This document shows positions 11,329 to 20,234 of a DNA stretch of 64,000 nt, one piece after another. The position numbers and the translations under genes are program-made. Positions within the stretch are counted from its first letter, which is position 1. Each line of letters begins with the position of its first letter. The notes below the pieces were generated by a model. The model saw only the letters and a list, made by a program, of their open reading frames with translations. It was not told the origin of the DNA and did no database searches. This DNA comes from an uncultured Gammaproteobacteria bacterium (GTDB taxonomy: Bacteria; Patescibacteriota; Microgenomatia; Levybacterales; UBA12049): contig CAZWXQ010000002.1 in NCBI GenBank assembly GCA_964637955.1, forward strand, positions 199,782-263,781. The letters run 5' to 3'.

Positions 11329-11886
11329 ATGTATATAGAAATGAAAAAACTTATAGACGCAATTAAAAAGGTACTTGGTTTGGATAAAAAATCAGGGGAT
11401 TCTTCTTCTGGATTCACCCTTATTGAGCTTTTAGTCGTAATAGCTGTTATTGGAATTTTAGCGGCAGCTCTTCTTGTTGCAATAGATCCTATTGATAAAG
11501 TAAGACAAGGAAATGATACAAAAGTTATAAATGATGTCAGAGCCATATATGACGGTGCAAACAGAGTTTATACTCAAACAGGTTCGTGGCCAACGGGTAC
11601 TAATCAAACTGCAATTGATAATATCGTAAATGCAAGTGAATTAAAATCTGCTCCAAAACCACCTAGTACCCCTTATGGTACTGCATATACAACGCTTGTT
11701 GCTACAGGAGGCAATGATTGGATAGCTGGTGGTATAATTTTGGCTAAAGCATCAAAGGCAAAATCAACAACAACAAATACAATCGGTGGTACTGCATGTG
11801 GTACTAATACATGTTACTTTATCGTTACAGCAGGTAAAGCATGCTACAAACCTGGGGCGCCAGTTGCTGGAGATGTCTGTCCTTAA
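11329..11886 (+). CDS. pilA: Major type IV pilin (prepilin, class III signal peptide) with long leader
   Basis: G|FTLIELLVVIAVIGILAA with E at +5. C-terminal Cys pairs. Leader of at least 24-28 aa. Confidence 0.8.
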   Translation: MYIEMKKLIDAIKKVLGLDKKSGDSSSGFTLIELLVVIAVIGILAAALLVAIDPIDKVRQGNDTKVINDVRAIYDGANRVYTQTGSWPTGTNQTAIDNIVNASELKSAPKPPSTPYGTAYTTLVATGGNDWIAGGIILAKASKAKSTTTNTIGGTACGTNTCYFIVTAGKACYKPGAPVAGDVCP

Positions 11887-11923
11887 CTTGAAGTTTAATA
11901 AAATGATGTTCATGCTCACATAA

Positions 11924-12742
11924 ATGAGCTTTTTTTTTGACAATTATTTATTATTACCCGGATTTATTTTATTTTTAATTGGTTTATTTTTCGGTTCTTT
12001 TCTTAACGTACTTATTGATAGACTCCCCAATGATGAAAGTATTCTTGGAAGATCGCATTGCGAGAAATGTAATCACACATTAAACTGGAAAGATCTAATT
12101 CCTCTTTTATCCTTTGCTTTTCTAAGTGGTCGCTGCAGATATTGTCATACTTCCCTTTCCTATCAATACCCATTTCTTGAGATATTTACGGGAATCATGT
12201 TTGCAGGAACATTTTTATTTACCATTTATCATATACCATTTACAAATGGTCAATGGTCAATGGTCAATGGTCAATTGCTTTCCTTGGTATATCGTTTAAT
12301 TATAGTAAGCTGTCTCATCGTTATTTTCTTTGCAGATTTAAAATATAAAATAATCCCCGATGAGATTCTTCTGGTTTTAGGCGCAACTATTTTTGTCTGG
12401 TTAATTTTTATGAGCCCGAGTCAGATTATCGTTCATTTGTTCGCAGGTCTGGTATCATTCTTATTCTTTCTCTCAATTTATTTACTCACCAAAGGTCGTG
12501 GAATGGGTTTTGGCGATGTTAAATTCGCTTTCGTTATTGGATTACTTCTGGGGTTTCCTGGTACGCTTTTAGCTTTATACATAGCATTCTTGACAGGAGG
12601 ACTCGTGGGCATCATACTAATTTTATGGAAGAAAAAAAGAATGAAATCCGAGGTGGCTTTCGGTCCTTTTTTGGTAATAGGAACTTTTCTAAGCTTTTTC
12701 TTTTCCCCGGTCCTAATTCCAAGAATTCTCCAATTCTTTTAA
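11924..12742 (+). CDS. pilD: Prepilin peptidase / N-methyltransferase PilD (A24 family)
   Basis: N-terminal CEKCNHTL...CRYCHTSL zinc motif, FGDVKF Asp box, multiple TM segments. Confidence 0.85.
   Translation: MSFFFDNYLLLPGFILFLIGLFFGSFLNVLIDRLPNDESILGRSHCEKCNHTLNWKDLIPLLSFAFLSGRCRYCHTSLSYQYPFLEIFTGIMFAGTFLFTIYHIPFTNGQWSMVNGQLLSLVYRLIIVSCLIVIFFADLKYKIIPDEILLVLGATIFVWLIFMSPSQIIVHLFAGLVSFLFFLSIYLLTKGRGMGFGDVKFAFVIGLLLGFPGTLLALYIAFLTGGLVGIILILWKKKRMKSEVAFGPFLVIGTFLSFFFSPVLIPRILQFF
12245..12272 (+). repeat. Heptanucleotide tandem repeat (AATGGTC)x4 inside the pilD coding sequence
   Basis: acaaatggtcaatggtcaatggtcaatggtcaattg read directly. The unit length is not a multiple of 3. Confidence 0.9.
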
Positions 12743-12748
12743 AATCAA

Positions 12749-13507
12749 ATGTATTATGTCTATGTCTTGCAAAATAAAATTAGATCTCAAATCTATGTAG
12801 GATCTACAAATGATTTGAGACGGAGGCTAGCAGAGCATAATCAAGGAAAAGAGAGATCGACAAAAAGATATATGCCTTGGAAGTTAATTTATTATGAGGC
12901 ATTTAATAGTGAAAGTTTTGCAAGACAAAGAGAAATGAAACTTAAATATAACGGAAATGCTATGAAAGAATTAAAAAAAAGAATTGGACTGGATTTACCC
13001 AGCACCTGTTCATCTGAACTAGAGCATAAAGAGAGCCCTTTGCATAGAGGCTTAGGTGAAAATAATAGATTAATTAAAAAGCCAACAGGTGCTGGATTTA
13101 CTCTCATAGAGCTTCTTGTGGTGATTGGAATAATAGGTGTTCTCTCGGCAGGAGTTATCATTGCGATTGATCCTGTGAAACAAATCCAAAGAGCTCACGA
13201 TAAGCAAAGAATTACTGATTTAAAGCAAATTCAGACTGCTCTAGAGCTTTACAGAGCAGATAATGGTCTTTATCCAGCAAATGTAGATTGTGCTGGGGGT
13301 TTAACTGCAACAGTTGACGGAGATACAGTTACTTATTTAAGTGAGGTACCATGTGATCCTAAAGACAACTCTACTTCTTATCCGTATGTTAGAGCTTCTG
13401 GAAACACATCAGACTATACTTTAACAGCGTGCTTTGAAAGCGATAAAGACTATACAGGGTCAGGATCACCTTGCACTAATTATAAATATGAAGTAACTGC
13501 TCCATAA
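12749..13507 (+). CDS. In-frame fusion of a GIY-YIG nuclease-like domain (aa 1-80) to a prepilin with long leader (alternative start ATG at 12962)
   Basis: N-terminus YVYVLQNKIRSQIYVGSTNDLRRRLAEHNQG...WKLIYYE resembles short GIY-YIG proteins. Then LPSTCSSELEHKESPLHRGL...KKPTGAG|FTLIELLVVIGIIGVLSAG prepilin motif. No stop codon between the two parts. Confidence 0.6.
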   Translation: MYYVYVLQNKIRSQIYVGSTNDLRRRLAEHNQGKERSTKRYMPWKLIYYEAFNSESFARQREMKLKYNGNAMKELKKRIGLDLPSTCSSELEHKESPLHRGLGENNRLIKKPTGAGFTLIELLVVIGIIGVLSAGVIIAIDPVKQIQRAHDKQRITDLKQIQTALELYRADNGLYPANVDCAGGLTATVDGDTVTYLSEVPCDPKDNSTSYPYVRASGNTSDYTLTACFESDKDYTGSGSPCTNYKYEVTAP

Positions 13508-14022
13508 TGAAAAATGGAATTAAAAAAGACATTTCTCCCAGAAGTTTTATAGCAAGAAACTCAGGCTTTACTTTAATTGAGCTACTTATAGTAATAACGA
13601 TTATCGGAATACTTTCAGGTGCTTCATTCGCAGTTTTAAATAAATTTAATGGCTCTCAAAATCTAAATATTGCCTCAGAAAATATAAAAAATGAACTTAA
13701 TTTCGCTAAGTCAAATGCATTGTCGCAGGTTTTAAAAAAGTGTACGACTGGCAGATTTGATGGATATAGTTTTCATTACGATCAAGATAGAAATGAATAT
13801 TGGGTCGAAGAAGAATGTACACCTGCTGTCGCAAATAACATAGTTGGTGGTGTAAAAAAGAAACTTCCAGATAAAGTGACATTTCAAGGCAGTGGAGAAA
13901 TTCTTTTTGAACCCTTAGAAGGTGGAGCTGACTTAAGTTCAGCAAGAGTTATAGTTATTCAGAACGAAAGTGGAAGTCGAAGTAAACCTGTAACTGTTTA
14001 TAAATCAGGAGTAATTGAATGA
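13507..14022 (+). CDS. Minor pilin / pseudopilin (prepilin N-terminus)
   Basis: Leader MKNGIKKDISPRSFIARNSG then G|FTLIELLIVITIIGILSG. Confidence 0.75.
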   Translation: MKNGIKKDISPRSFIARNSGFTLIELLIVITIIGILSGASFAVLNKFNGSQNLNIASENIKNELNFAKSNALSQVLKKCTTGRFDGYSFHYDQDRNEYWVEEECTPAVANNIVGGVKKKLPDKVTFQGSGEILFEPLEGGADLSSARVIVIQNESGSRSKPVTVYKSGVIE

Positions 14023-14507
14023 AAAAAAAGAATAAAGGTGCGATTCTTATCGAAGCTATTTTGGGAATTACTATAGCTACGATCATAACAACAGGTTTAG
14101 TCACTGCCCTAGTTTCATCTTTAAGTAATTCCACGTTTTCCAGGGGTCAAACTATAGCTACTGGTTATGCTCAAGAGTCAATGGAACTGATTAGAAGTTT
14201 GAAGGATGTCGATTATGGTTCTTTGGAAGACAGTGTTGGGAGTTGTACTGAAGATAATCCTTGTAAATTTGATCTAAGCACAGGAGACGGTAGACTTGTT
14301 TCTGGCGTTGAATCTATCGATGATGATAGTAATATAGAGTTTGACAGATCTGTTGTGTTAAGTAACGTTAGCGACGAATGTCAAGGGTCCGTGTATGCGA
14401 AGGTTACTGTTGCCTGGCAGGATAGTAAATGTAGTGGTAGTGCCAAATGTCATAAAGTTAACCTTAGATCCTGTTTTTCAAATTTAGATTATGCGCCGTT
14501 ACCTTAA
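14019..14507 (+). CDS. Minor pilin (PilV/GspI-like), short leader
   Basis: MKKKNKG|AILIEAILGITIA. Confidence 0.65.
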   Translation: MKKKNKGAILIEAILGITIATIITTGLVTALVSSLSNSTFSRGQTIATGYAQESMELIRSLKDVDYGSLEDSVGSCTEDNPCKFDLSTGDGRLVSGVESIDDDSNIEFDRSVVLSNVSDECQGSVYAKVTVAWQDSKCSGSAKCHKVNLRSCFSNLDYAPLP

Positions 14508-15177
14508 TAAAAATCATAATAAGAGGGATTTACCCAGCACCTGTTTACCAGAGCTGGAGCATGAAGAAAAAGCTTTGCATAGAGGCTTAGATGAAGATAT
14601 TAAATTGGTTAGAAAATCAGCTGGTGCTGGGTTTAGCTTAATTGAGCTACTTGTCGGCATGGCAATTACTGTGACTGCAACCACTATTATACTTGCGATA
14701 GTAATGTCTGCTTTTCGGGTAAGTAGCAAGGCTACGACTGCAGATTTAGCTCGTCAAAACGGAAATTACGCAATGAATAGGATGATTAAGATGATTCAAT
14801 TTGCGGATAGTTATAATGGCAGGAGTACGAGTCTTCTTTCCACAGCGGGTGAAAGTGGTTACCGTGTTAATGATTGTGATGGATCAAATAATACTGCAAT
14901 TAGCATTACATATAAAAATGAAGAAAAGATACTGCAATGTCGAGGGCACAACTCGCTTTACCTCATAGATCCTGTCGATACAACTAAAAATGAACAACTG
15001 ATTCGTACCAGCAGTGTGGCTGTAAGCAATTGTAATATTAGTTGTTTAGAAGTTAGGCCGGGCGCATCCCCTGTTATAACTATAAAATTTGATTTAACAA
15101 TCGGCGAATCCGACGCTGCAATAGAAAAAAGATCGTCGATACCATTTAGAACAAGTGTAAAAATGCGTAATAAATGA
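14491..15177 (+). CDS. Pilin-like protein with 47-aa conserved leader; paralog of the 12749 gene C-terminal part
   Basis: MRRYLNKNHNKRDLPSTCLPELEHEEKALHRGLDEDIKLVRKSAGAG|FSLIELLVGMAI. About 80% nucleotide identity to 12991-13110. Confidence 0.7.
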   Translation: MRRYLNKNHNKRDLPSTCLPELEHEEKALHRGLDEDIKLVRKSAGAGFSLIELLVGMAITVTATTIILAIVMSAFRVSSKATTADLARQNGNYAMNRMIKMIQFADSYNGRSTSLLSTAGESGYRVNDCDGSNNTAISITYKNEEKILQCRGHNSLYLIDPVDTTKNEQLIRTSSVAVSNCNISCLEVRPGASPVITIKFDLTIGESDAAIEKRSSIPFRTSVKMRNK

Positions 15178-16091
15178 GGTGGTTTATTGACACTAGGCAG
15201 CCTAGTTGTTACTCTAAATATATGCCATTTAATGTGAATAGGCGTTTTCGGGATGAATCGGGACAAGTGCTTTTAATAGTAGTTCTTGTGGCTGTTATAT
15301 CTCTCACAGTAGGACTAGCTGCAGTAAGTAGATCTATAACCAATACAAGAGTATCTACGGAAGAATCAAATTCCCAAAAAGCTCTTTCAGCTGCCGAGGC
15401 AGGGCTTGAAGCTCAGATTAATAAAGCAAATGAAAATCCCGATGCTGCTATACCAGAACTTGATAAAAATTTTGATAGCAGTACAGGTTATAAAGCAACC
15501 GTCACTAAAAATACTGACCCACAGATTTTAATTAATAATGCTGAAGTAGATGTATTAAAGACTGAAGGAGCAGACGTTTGGTTGTCTAAATACCCAGATT
15601 TTACTGATCAAAAAAGTCCAAACATCAGTGTTTATTGGAGCGCAAACTCAGGTCCATGCTCAAATGACGCAGCTATAGAAATAGTAATATTAAGAGGAAG
15701 AGATACTACTCCGGCTGCGAAGAATGATCCGATACTTGAGAGATATGCTGTTGATGGGTGTAGTTCAAGACCTGGTGGCGATAATAATTTTGATGATGCA
15801 AGTGCATCAACGGATCGTGGTAGCAGCGTAGCCTCACTTACTCTCAAAGGAAAAAAGTTTGACTATAGATATAATATTCCAAACCAAATTATTAATGGTT
15901 ATATTATGAGAATTATTCCTATTTATAATGACGCAAAAATAGGAGTAAGTAGTGATATACCTCTTCCAGCTCAGGGTTTTGATATAGAATCTGAAGGTAC
16001 TTCTGGAGAAACAAAGCGAAAAGTAAAAGTATTCCAGAGTTTTCCTACTGTTCCTATTGAAATTTTCCCTTATAATTTATTTAACCCATAA
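15174..16091 (+). CDS. PilX-like minor pilin / pilus-associated protein (likely start at internal Met near 15219)
   Basis: ESGQVLLIVVLVAVISLTVGLAAVSRS resembles the PilX N-terminal domain. Confidence 0.5.
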   Translation: MRWFIDTRQPSCYSKYMPFNVNRRFRDESGQVLLIVVLVAVISLTVGLAAVSRSITNTRVSTEESNSQKALSAAEAGLEAQINKANENPDAAIPELDKNFDSSTGYKATVTKNTDPQILINNAEVDVLKTEGADVWLSKYPDFTDQKSPNISVYWSANSGPCSNDAAIEIVILRGRDTTPAAKNDPILERYAVDGCSSRPGGDNNFDDASASTDRGSSVASLTLKGKKFDYRYNIPNQIINGYIMRIIPIYNDAKIGVSSDIPLPAQGFDIESEGTSGETKRKVKVFQSFPTVPIEIFPYNLFNP

Positions 16092-16094
16092 AAT

Positions 16095-17138
16095 ATGAAT
16101 AAAAAATCATTTGGTCTAGATATTGGAAATTCCACTATAAAAGCTGTAGAAGTCGAGCTTACTAAAGCTGGGCTTGATCTTTCGGCTTGCATTATCTCCC
16201 CGACTCCTACTAAAGGAATGATTTCAGAATCAGAGGCAGATGAAGAAGAAATGGCAAATGCAATTAAAAAAACTATTGCTGATGCAGGAATAAAGAATAA
16301 AAATGTTCACATAGCTCTTCCGGATAATCAGGTATATACAAAAGTCATCGACATGCCTTATTTATCAGACAGGGAGCTTTCTTCAGCTATTTATTGGGAG
16401 GCAGAACAGTATTTGCCAATTCCTCTTGCTAACGTTTCCCTTGCATGGAATGTTCTTTCAAAACCTGTAAAGCACTCATCATCTGATAAAATCCGTGTTC
16501 TTATGGTAGGTGCCCCTACTATTCTTGTAAATAAGTATCAGAAAGTGATGGAAATGGCAGAGCTAAATATAACCTCCATCGAGACAGAGGCACTAGCGGT
16601 AATTAGAGCACTTACCTACTCTCTTCCTGAAAATAGTATTGCGCCAACAATCATAATTCACATTGGAGAAATCAGTAGCTCTCTGGCTATAGTTATAAAA
16701 AGTGATTTATATTTTCTTTATTCAATTCCATATGGCAGTCTCGCTATAAACAGAGCTATTTCTGCTGATTTTGGCTTAACAGATGTGCAAGCTGAAGAAT
16801 ATAAAAGAGCATACGGAATTCTGAAAAATCCAATGGGGCAAAGAATAGGTCAGGCAACTGGGCCAATTCTTTCTTCAATCCTTGCTGAAGTTAAAAAAGC
16901 TATATTTTTCTACACAGATAAATACAAAAACAGTAAGATTGAGCAGATAGTAATATCTGGTGAAACCGCGAAGCTTCCTGGAATTGACATGTTTTTTACT
17001 GATGGATCAGGAATAGAAACTGCGATAGGAAATCCATGGAAGTCTTTTATCAGCGATAAAATTCCTAAAGAAATCCTAACCAACGCTCCTGCCTACTCTA
17101 CTGCAGTTGGGCTTGCCCTTAGAGATTATGAGCGCTAG
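16095..17138 (+). CDS. pilM: Type IV pilus assembly protein PilM (actin-like ATPase fold)
   Basis: 347 aa. N-terminus FGLDIGNSTIKAVEV. Confidence 0.8.
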   Translation: MNKKSFGLDIGNSTIKAVEVELTKAGLDLSACIISPTPTKGMISESEADEEEMANAIKKTIADAGIKNKNVHIALPDNQVYTKVIDMPYLSDRELSSAIYWEAEQYLPIPLANVSLAWNVLSKPVKHSSSDKIRVLMVGAPTILVNKYQKVMEMAELNITSIETEALAVIRALTYSLPENSIAPTIIIHIGEISSSLAIVIKSDLYFLYSIPYGSLAINRAISADFGLTDVQAEEYKRAYGILKNPMGQRIGQATGPILSSILAEVKKAIFFYTDKYKNSKIEQIVISGETAKLPGIDMFFTDGSGIETAIGNPWKSFISDKIPKEILTNAPAYSTAVGLALRDYER

Positions 17139-17646
17139 TATTAATTTAGTTAATCAGAAGAATCCTAAAAAAGATAGGCAAGAAAAAGTTCGTAAGATAA
17201 AAGGAATTGCTTATTCTGTTCTTGCTATTACAGCGCTTGTTGTAATAATTATTTTTTCTCTTGAATATAGATTTTCTGCATCTTACGTTAAAAAGCAGCA
17301 GGCGAAGTTACTTGCTGAATTAGACCAATATTCTCAAAAATCTGCCAATTTTTTTATAGTTAGTTCAAATTTGACGGAGATTGGAAATCTTTTAAGTCAA
17401 AGAAAAAACTATCAAGAAACCACCAAGGAAATTTTTAATGTTAAACCTTCTGATGTTACTGTTACAGAATATACATTTGATGAATCAGGAGTAAAGTTAA
17501 GTGCTTCTACTCCTTCACTTGAAAGTATTGATAGTTTTTTAAATTCCTTAATTGAATTAAAGCAAAATAAGAAGATAAATAGTGTAGTTTTGCAAAGCCT
17601 GTCAATGGGAGAAGGTAAATATACATTAGAAATTACAATGCAATGA
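17107..17646 (+). CDS. pilN: PilN-like pilus assembly protein (single TM)
   Basis: Position after pilM. N-terminal TM helix and coiled coil. Confidence 0.55.
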   Translation: MGLPLEIMSASINLVNQKNPKKDRQEKVRKIKGIAYSVLAITALVVIIIFSLEYRFSASYVKKQQAKLLAELDQYSQKSANFFIVSSNLTEIGNLLSQRKNYQETTKEIFNVKPSDVTVTEYTFDESGVKLSASTPSLESIDSFLNSLIELKQNKKINSVVLQSLSMGEGKYTLEITMQ

Positions 17647-18371
17647 AGTTAATAAAAAGTTTTGAAAAAGAAGATTTGGCAAATAGAATTGAAGACAATA
17701 AAGATTTTTTATTGCCAATAGTTGTTTTAATTACAGGAATATTCATGGTGCTAGTTTTTATTCTGCCTCAATTAATCTCACTTCCAACTAAGTTAACGGA
17801 AAGAAATTCTGAGATTGCAAGACTTAATGAAATTAAGATAGCTAAGGAGATCCTCTCGCGTACTAGTGATGATGAAGTAAATATCCAAGTAGAAACGGTT
17901 TCAAATGCACTTCCTATTGATAGAAATTTTGAGGGTATTTTTAATGCGATCTCTACAGCCGCAAATTCATCAAACACACAGATATCAGGATATAAATTTA
18001 GCGAAGCTGTTCAGGCTGGGCCACGTAGCGAAGAAGCGGCAGTGTCTAGAAGGCTAACATTCACGATTACAATTAATGGAGCCCCAGATCAGGCTGGTCT
18101 ATTTCTTGAAGAGTTATATAAAGTAGGTCCGATTTCTGATGTAAAGAAAATTGATTTCGAAGGTGGAGAAACAAAAGTAGAGGTAGATTTCTTTTACAAG
18201 CCTTTTACTAAGCTTGATCAAAATAGCTATCTGCCTAAAGAATTAAGTGCTGATCAACAGCAAACATTAAATGTGATAAATGCTTTTGTAAAGCCAATTT
18301 CTGAACCGGTTTTTGATATTCCAGAGGATGCTACTTCTTCGTCTGATCTTTCTGAGCCTTTAGAGAATTAG
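17643..18371 (+). CDS. pilO: PilO-like pilus assembly protein (single TM)
   Basis: Position and topology. Overlaps the convergent trmD end by 41 nt. Confidence 0.5.
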   Translation: MKLIKSFEKEDLANRIEDNKDFLLPIVVLITGIFMVLVFILPQLISLPTKLTERNSEIARLNEIKIAKEILSRTSDDEVNIQVETVSNALPIDRNFEGIFNAISTAANSSNTQISGYKFSEAVQAGPRSEEAAVSRRLTFTITINGAPDQAGLFLEELYKVGPISDVKKIDFEGGETKVEVDFFYKPFTKLDQNSYLPKELSADQQQTLNVINAFVKPISEPVFDIPEDATSSSDLSEPLEN

Positions 18372-19002
18372 TCTTTTTCCAATTTTCAATCTGTGCATGG
18401 TTTCCATTTCTTAAAACTTCAGGCACGCTTTTGCCTTCAAATATTTCAGGTCTGGTGTAGTGTGGATGTTCAAGGACTGTTTCTACGGAGTGGGATTCGT
18501 TTTGGGTGACTCCCTCTTTTAAAACTTGTGGAATAAGTCTGGTTACAGAGTCGATCATAGCCATTGCAGGAATTTCACCGCCTGTAAGAACAAAATCACC
18601 AATCGAGACTTCCTCATCGATATAATCCTTAATCCTCTCGTCTACCCCTTCATAGTGCCCACAAATAATTATCAAATGTTTAAGTGTGGAATATTCTTTT
18701 GCTTTCGACTGCTTAAAAGTTTCGCCTGCTGCACTTGTTAAAATTATTCTTTGCTCGAATTTGTCCATTTTTGGATCGATCACGGAATCTAAGGCTTTTT
18801 TAAGAACATCAACTTTAAGAATCATTCCAAATCCCCCCCCATAAGGCTTGTCGTCTACTGTTTTATGAGATCCAATTCCAAAATCTCTAATGTCTATGAA
18901 ATTTATTTCGACAAGTCCTTTTTCTACAGCATGCTTAATGATTGAGAAATCAAATGGACCTTGGAACATCTGAGGAAATAATGTGAGAATTGAGATTTTC
19001 AT
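18331..19002 (-). CDS. trmD: tRNA (guanine37-N1)-methyltransferase
   Basis: GHYEGVDERI and SPOUT-knot motifs. 223 aa. Confidence 0.9.
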   Translation of the reverse strand: MKISILTLFPQMFQGPFDFSIIKHAVEKGLVEINFIDIRDFGIGSHKTVDDKPYGGGFGMILKVDVLKKALDSVIDPKMDKFEQRIILTSAAGETFKQSKAKEYSTLKHLIIICGHYEGVDERIKDYIDEEVSIGDFVLTGGEIPAMAMIDSVTRLIPQVLKEGVTQNESHSVETVLEHPHYTRPEIFEGKSVPEVLRNGNHAQIENWKKTNSLKAQKDQTKK

Positions 19003-19025
19003 GAGTTCCTTACTTAAGTTTGAGG

Positions 19026-19262
19026 TTAGTTAACTTCAGCAAGTGTAATGTAAATTTTCTTGTTCTGTTTCATTGCAGGGATTCTCATTACGTTTCTGAT
19101 AGCTTTAATAACTTTTCCTTCTTTTCCAATTACTCTTCCCATGTCGGTTGGATCAACGCTTACTGTTAGATTTACGATTCCTTGATTTTCTTCTTGCGTA
19201 ATTTCGACTTTGTCGTCATTGTCTACTATTCCTTTAATGATATAAGTTAGAATATCTTTCAT
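19026..19262 (-). CDS. KH-domain RNA-binding protein (YlqC-like)
   Basis: VIGKEGKVIKAIRNV GXXG KH motif. Conserved rpsP-KH-trmD gene order. Confidence 0.7.
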   Translation of the reverse strand: MKDILTYIIKGIVDNDDKVEITQEENQGIVNLTVSVDPTDMGRVIGKEGKVIKAIRNVMRIPAMKQNKKIYITLAEVN

Positions 19263-19496
19263 TTATTTAGCTTCAAATATTTTTGCAACTCTATCGCTTG
19301 GTCTTGCGCCAACTGAGAGCCAGTAATTATATCTGTCTCTTTTTAAATTTTGAGCACCATTTTGAGGACCCATTTCGAAGGATCCAAGTGCTTCAATATT
19401 ATCACCGTCGCGTTTGCTTCTTTTCTCTTTAACGACGATTCTAAATTTTCTTTCTCCCTTTTTTCCCATTCGGGAAAGTCTTATTACAACTGACAT
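19263..19496 (-). CDS. rpsP: 30S ribosomal protein S16
   Basis: MSVVIRLSRMGKKGERKFRIVVKEKRSKRDG. Confidence 0.9.
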   Translation of the reverse strand: MSVVIRLSRMGKKGERKFRIVVKEKRSKRDGDNIEALGSFEMGPQNGAQNLKRDRYNYWLSVGARPSDRVAKIFEAK

Positions 19497-19528
19497 GGTG
19501 ATTATTTTACCAAATTTAAGCTATTTAC

Positions 19529-20191
19529 TCAAGAAGATAACTTAGTAAGTGCAGCTTCTGCTGCTTGCTCTTCTGCTTCTTGCTTACTCTTACCTTTTCC
19601 CTCGCCCAGTAGCTCATCCTGAACAAATACTCCTACCGTGAATTTTCGGGCGTGAGCTGGTCCTTCTTCAAGAGTAACTTTGTAATGAGGTGAGCCTTGT
19701 TTTCTTGATTGGACGAGCTCTTGGAATCTGCTTTTCGGATCTTTAAGCATATTTTTTTCTAAAAATGCATCAGCTTGAGGGATAACTGCCATATAAATAA
19801 AGTCTTTAACTGCTTCTACGCCTTGATCTATAAAAAGTGCTCCTAAATAAGCTTCAAATGTGTCTGCTAAAATGCTTTGATTATTTCGTCCACCTGACTC
19901 CTCTTCTCCTTTTGAGAGCCTTAGTTTTTCTCCGAGATTACAATCTTTTGAAAGTATGGCAAGCATTTTCGTATTTACCAAAAGAGATCTGAGGTTGGTG
20001 AGCTTTCCTTCATCAAAGTCTGGATATTTTTCAAATAAGTAACTTGAAACTATAAAAGAAAGGATGCTGTCTCCTAGAAACTCTAATCTTTCGTTTGAAG
20101 GGACTTTTTCTTTAACCTCATTTAAATATGATCTGTGAGTTAAGGCTTCTTGAAGTAATTTTTCGTTTGAGATTTTTGGGATTTGAATCAT
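19529..20191 (-). CDS. rnc: Ribonuclease III
   Basis: ERLEFLGDSILS signature and C-terminal dsRBD. Confidence 0.9.
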   Translation of the reverse strand: MIQIPKISNEKLLQEALTHRSYLNEVKEKVPSNERLEFLGDSILSFIVSSYLFEKYPDFDEGKLTNLRSLLVNTKMLAILSKDCNLGEKLRLSKGEEESGGRNNQSILADTFEAYLGALFIDQGVEAVKDFIYMAVIPQADAFLEKNMLKDPKSRFQELVQSRKQGSPHYKVTLEEGPAHARKFTVGVFVQDELLGEGKGKSKQEAEEQAAEAALTKLSS

Positions 20192-20234
20192 AATTTATTA
20201 TATACTCTTTATGCTTAGGCTTACAATTAATGTA
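20192..20234 (-). promoter_or_regulatory. rnc promoter (TTGTAA-16/18-TATATAAT), ATG ~5 nt after -10 (leaderless)
   Basis: Near-identical to the hflX promoter at 38484-38513. Confidence 0.45.

Noticed and set aside
12245-12272. Possible CRISPR-like repeat
   Set aside because: Units are 7 nt with no spacers and lie inside pilD. This is a simple sequence repeat, not a CRISPR array. No CRISPR array or cas gene was seen anywhere in the window.
14534-14548. LPSTC in the pilin leaders resembling a sortase LPXTG motif
   Set aside because: Fifth residue is Cys rather than Gly, and the motif sits in a cytoplasmic N-terminal leader removed by prepilin peptidase. Not a sorting signal.
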